DNA of 64,000 nucleotides, taken from positions 806,001-870,000 of the forward strand of contig CDLV01000012.1 in assembly GCA_001244265.2 (NCBI GenBank), read 5' to 3'. The stretch comes from Microbotryum violaceum (Eukaryota). Positions within the stretch are counted from its first letter, which is position 1. Each line of letters opens with the position of its first letter. The position numbers and the translations under genes were made by a program. The notes below the pieces were generated by a model that saw only the letters and a program-made list of their open reading frames with translations, was not told where the DNA came from and made no database searches. Below are positions 62,055-64,000 of the stretch, piece by piece.

Positions 62055-64000
62055 CTATAACTGCGCTTGCGGCGTCACCATCGGACCCGCATGACTCGGA
62101 CCCGCATTTAAAACTGCGTTCACACCCGTCAAAATCAATCTTGTCGAGGAAGTGGATGCCGCCAACGTATGTTGCTGATCGTACTGTTGTTGGGCTTTCA
62201 TGGCGGCCTTCTCCTCCCTCGCGGCTTTCCTCGCCAACTTGTCCACCTTTTGTTGTTCGCGCTCGGCTTTCTTCGCCGCGAGCTGCAACTTGCCCGTCCC
62301 GCGCGGTCGACCCCGACCTCGCTTCTCCGAATGCTTGCTCTTATTTCCTCCTCCTCCTCCTCCTGGTCGACTGCCTCCACCCTTACGCGTCACACAAGGC
62401 GAATGTCCGGCGTTCGAGATCGTCGAAGGGGCTTGCATCGGTGGAGGGGTACCCCCGACGGAAGGGCCTATCGAGCCGCTGTGAGAACGTGAACGAAAGT
62501 TGGATGTGTTCGTCCAGTCGGATTCCTGGCCGGAAAAATACGATTCGGCAACGGACGACAGCCTCATCTCATTGTTCGCTCCATTCCGCTGTGGCGGTGG
62601 GGTCGGACACGTGGGGTGGAGCGGTGGCAACGACTCGGGTCGAGGAGTCGTTATAGGGGTCGTGCTGATCGGCTCAGGAATGGCCTCTGCCTCCTCGACA
62701 TCCCGCATTTCGACATCCTCTGCCTGCCGTGTAACCTTTTCCCCGTCCTCTATCGGTTCTTCGTGGTTGATGTTGACGCGCGATAGCAGCATCGATGACA
62801 CGTTCTCCGAGTCCCTGGCGCTCGCTTTGAGCTCGCGATCGAGGCGCATTTGCTCGCGCTCCTGCTTGCGCTGCAATCGTCGCTCGCGTTCGGCGAGCTC
62901 GGCCGCACTGAAGATGAGCTCGAAGCTGCCTTTGGTCGGTGCGTCGATTACCTTCTCGATGAGGAAACTATTGTATGCCGCTGAATAGGTTTGGCTCGCC
63001 GAAAGGACGGGGGTACCAGCGGGTGATGCACGTTCCTCAGCGGCGATCGTCGTCGCGGCCGAGTCCTTCTTGCCCTTCGATCGACTCTTATCGCCGGCCT
63101 TGCCGTTCGATTTCGAGTTGGGTGCAGAAGAGGAAGATCCGCTCAACAGAATGCTGACAAGCGACTTTTTCTTGCCTCCAAGGATTCCGGAGCATTGGAG
63201 TGCGCCGCAGAAGCAAGGTTGTCGAGCTGGCGCGCTAGTGGCAGTGACGACGGCGGGTGTCACGCCCTCAGATGGGGTCGTGGCAGCGATAGATTCCGGG
63301 TTGGGCTGCATGATCGACTCCCCATTCGGCAGCACAGCCTTGAACGTCGAAGCTGAAGAATGAGACGAGGTTGAAGCCACGGGGCCAAGGAGCGAACTAG
63401 CTAAATCAGAGCCGGATTCGTCGGCACTTTCGGCAGCAGGGGTCGCAGCCGGGGTGGTTGACGTCGTCTCGGCAGGTGCGGCAGCAGGCGCGGCCAAAGC
63501 CGTTTCAGCCGCAGCCGCAGCAGCCGCTACCGTAGCAAGGGCAACAACATTGGGATTTGACTTGATATCGCTGAAGTCTTGCCATCCGTAATTGTCTGTG
63601 AAAGCGCAAGGAGCTCCGGCGCGTGAGCTGAGCAGCACGCGTGACGGAGGGAGGCGAGTGCCATGCTTACATGTGAGCTCGGTCCCAGCGGGAATATCTT
63701 GCATCGCATACATGCCGATCTGTGAGAGAGATAAAAAAATGTTTAGCGTTTGTCCAGAATGGTCGCGGAAGGCATGGCCCGCTGACCTCGTATTCCTCAT
63801 AACCGGCCATCTTCCATCGGACGACTTTGACATTGGGTCCACATCTGAGGATATCCCACAACAGGGGCTCGGTCAGCTTTCGGAGATACTGACATAAATG
63901 AGGAAAGATGAGAAATATTCCAGAGACGTACGAATGGTTGATGAAGCGCGACGCGTTCCCTCGCATGCCCTGCAAGCGGCAATGCACCGGCATCGTCAGC
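62055..64000 (-). CDS. SET-domain histone-lysine methyltransferase (Set2/Ash1-like), 3' part
   Basis: RGNASRFINHS|CGPN, IGMYAMQDIPAGTELT|YNYGW, post-SET CFCGALQCSGILG and AT-hook KRGRGRPRG. The gene extends beyond the window end. Confidence 0.88.

Noticed and set aside
1-64000. tRNA, rRNA, intact transposons
   Set aside because: No cloverleaf, rRNA, transposase, RT or integrase motifs recognised by eye. tRNAscan-SE and RepeatModeler were not run.

Overview
Gene-dense, GC-rich eukaryotic DNA with short (about 70-90 nt) GT-AG introns and CTRAC-type branch sites. This is consistent with a basidiomycete fungus, and a Pucciniomycotina-type yeast is my inference. About 26 protein-coding loci can be reconstructed by splicing the ORF fragments by eye. 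They include a Ser/Thr kinase, KU70, TVP38, an old yellow enzyme, UTP13, two aldo-keto reductases, CWC24, RPS2, DCTN5, MCM5, RPL27, a siderophore-type MFS transporter, a SNAPC1-like gene, RPS0 and the 3' part of a SET-domain methyltransferase. The most striking locus is a 5-exon gene for a ~2031-aa type II membrane protein. It strings together GT4-like, GT2, GT8, a second DDD-containing GT-A-like domain and a degenerate GT64-like domain. It sits head-to-head (~490 bp) with an atypical, doubly anchored DPM1-like gene, and the pair is a candidate glycan assembly-line system. Other oddities are a 492-nt RPL27 intron that splits the ATG and has no AG for ~480 nt, an esterase with a clean in-frame loss of its catalytic core, a candidate Nse6/SLF2-like protein with two PIP-like boxes, and related hexamer arrays or AT-rich islands. 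All calls come from manual motif recognition; no database searches were run.
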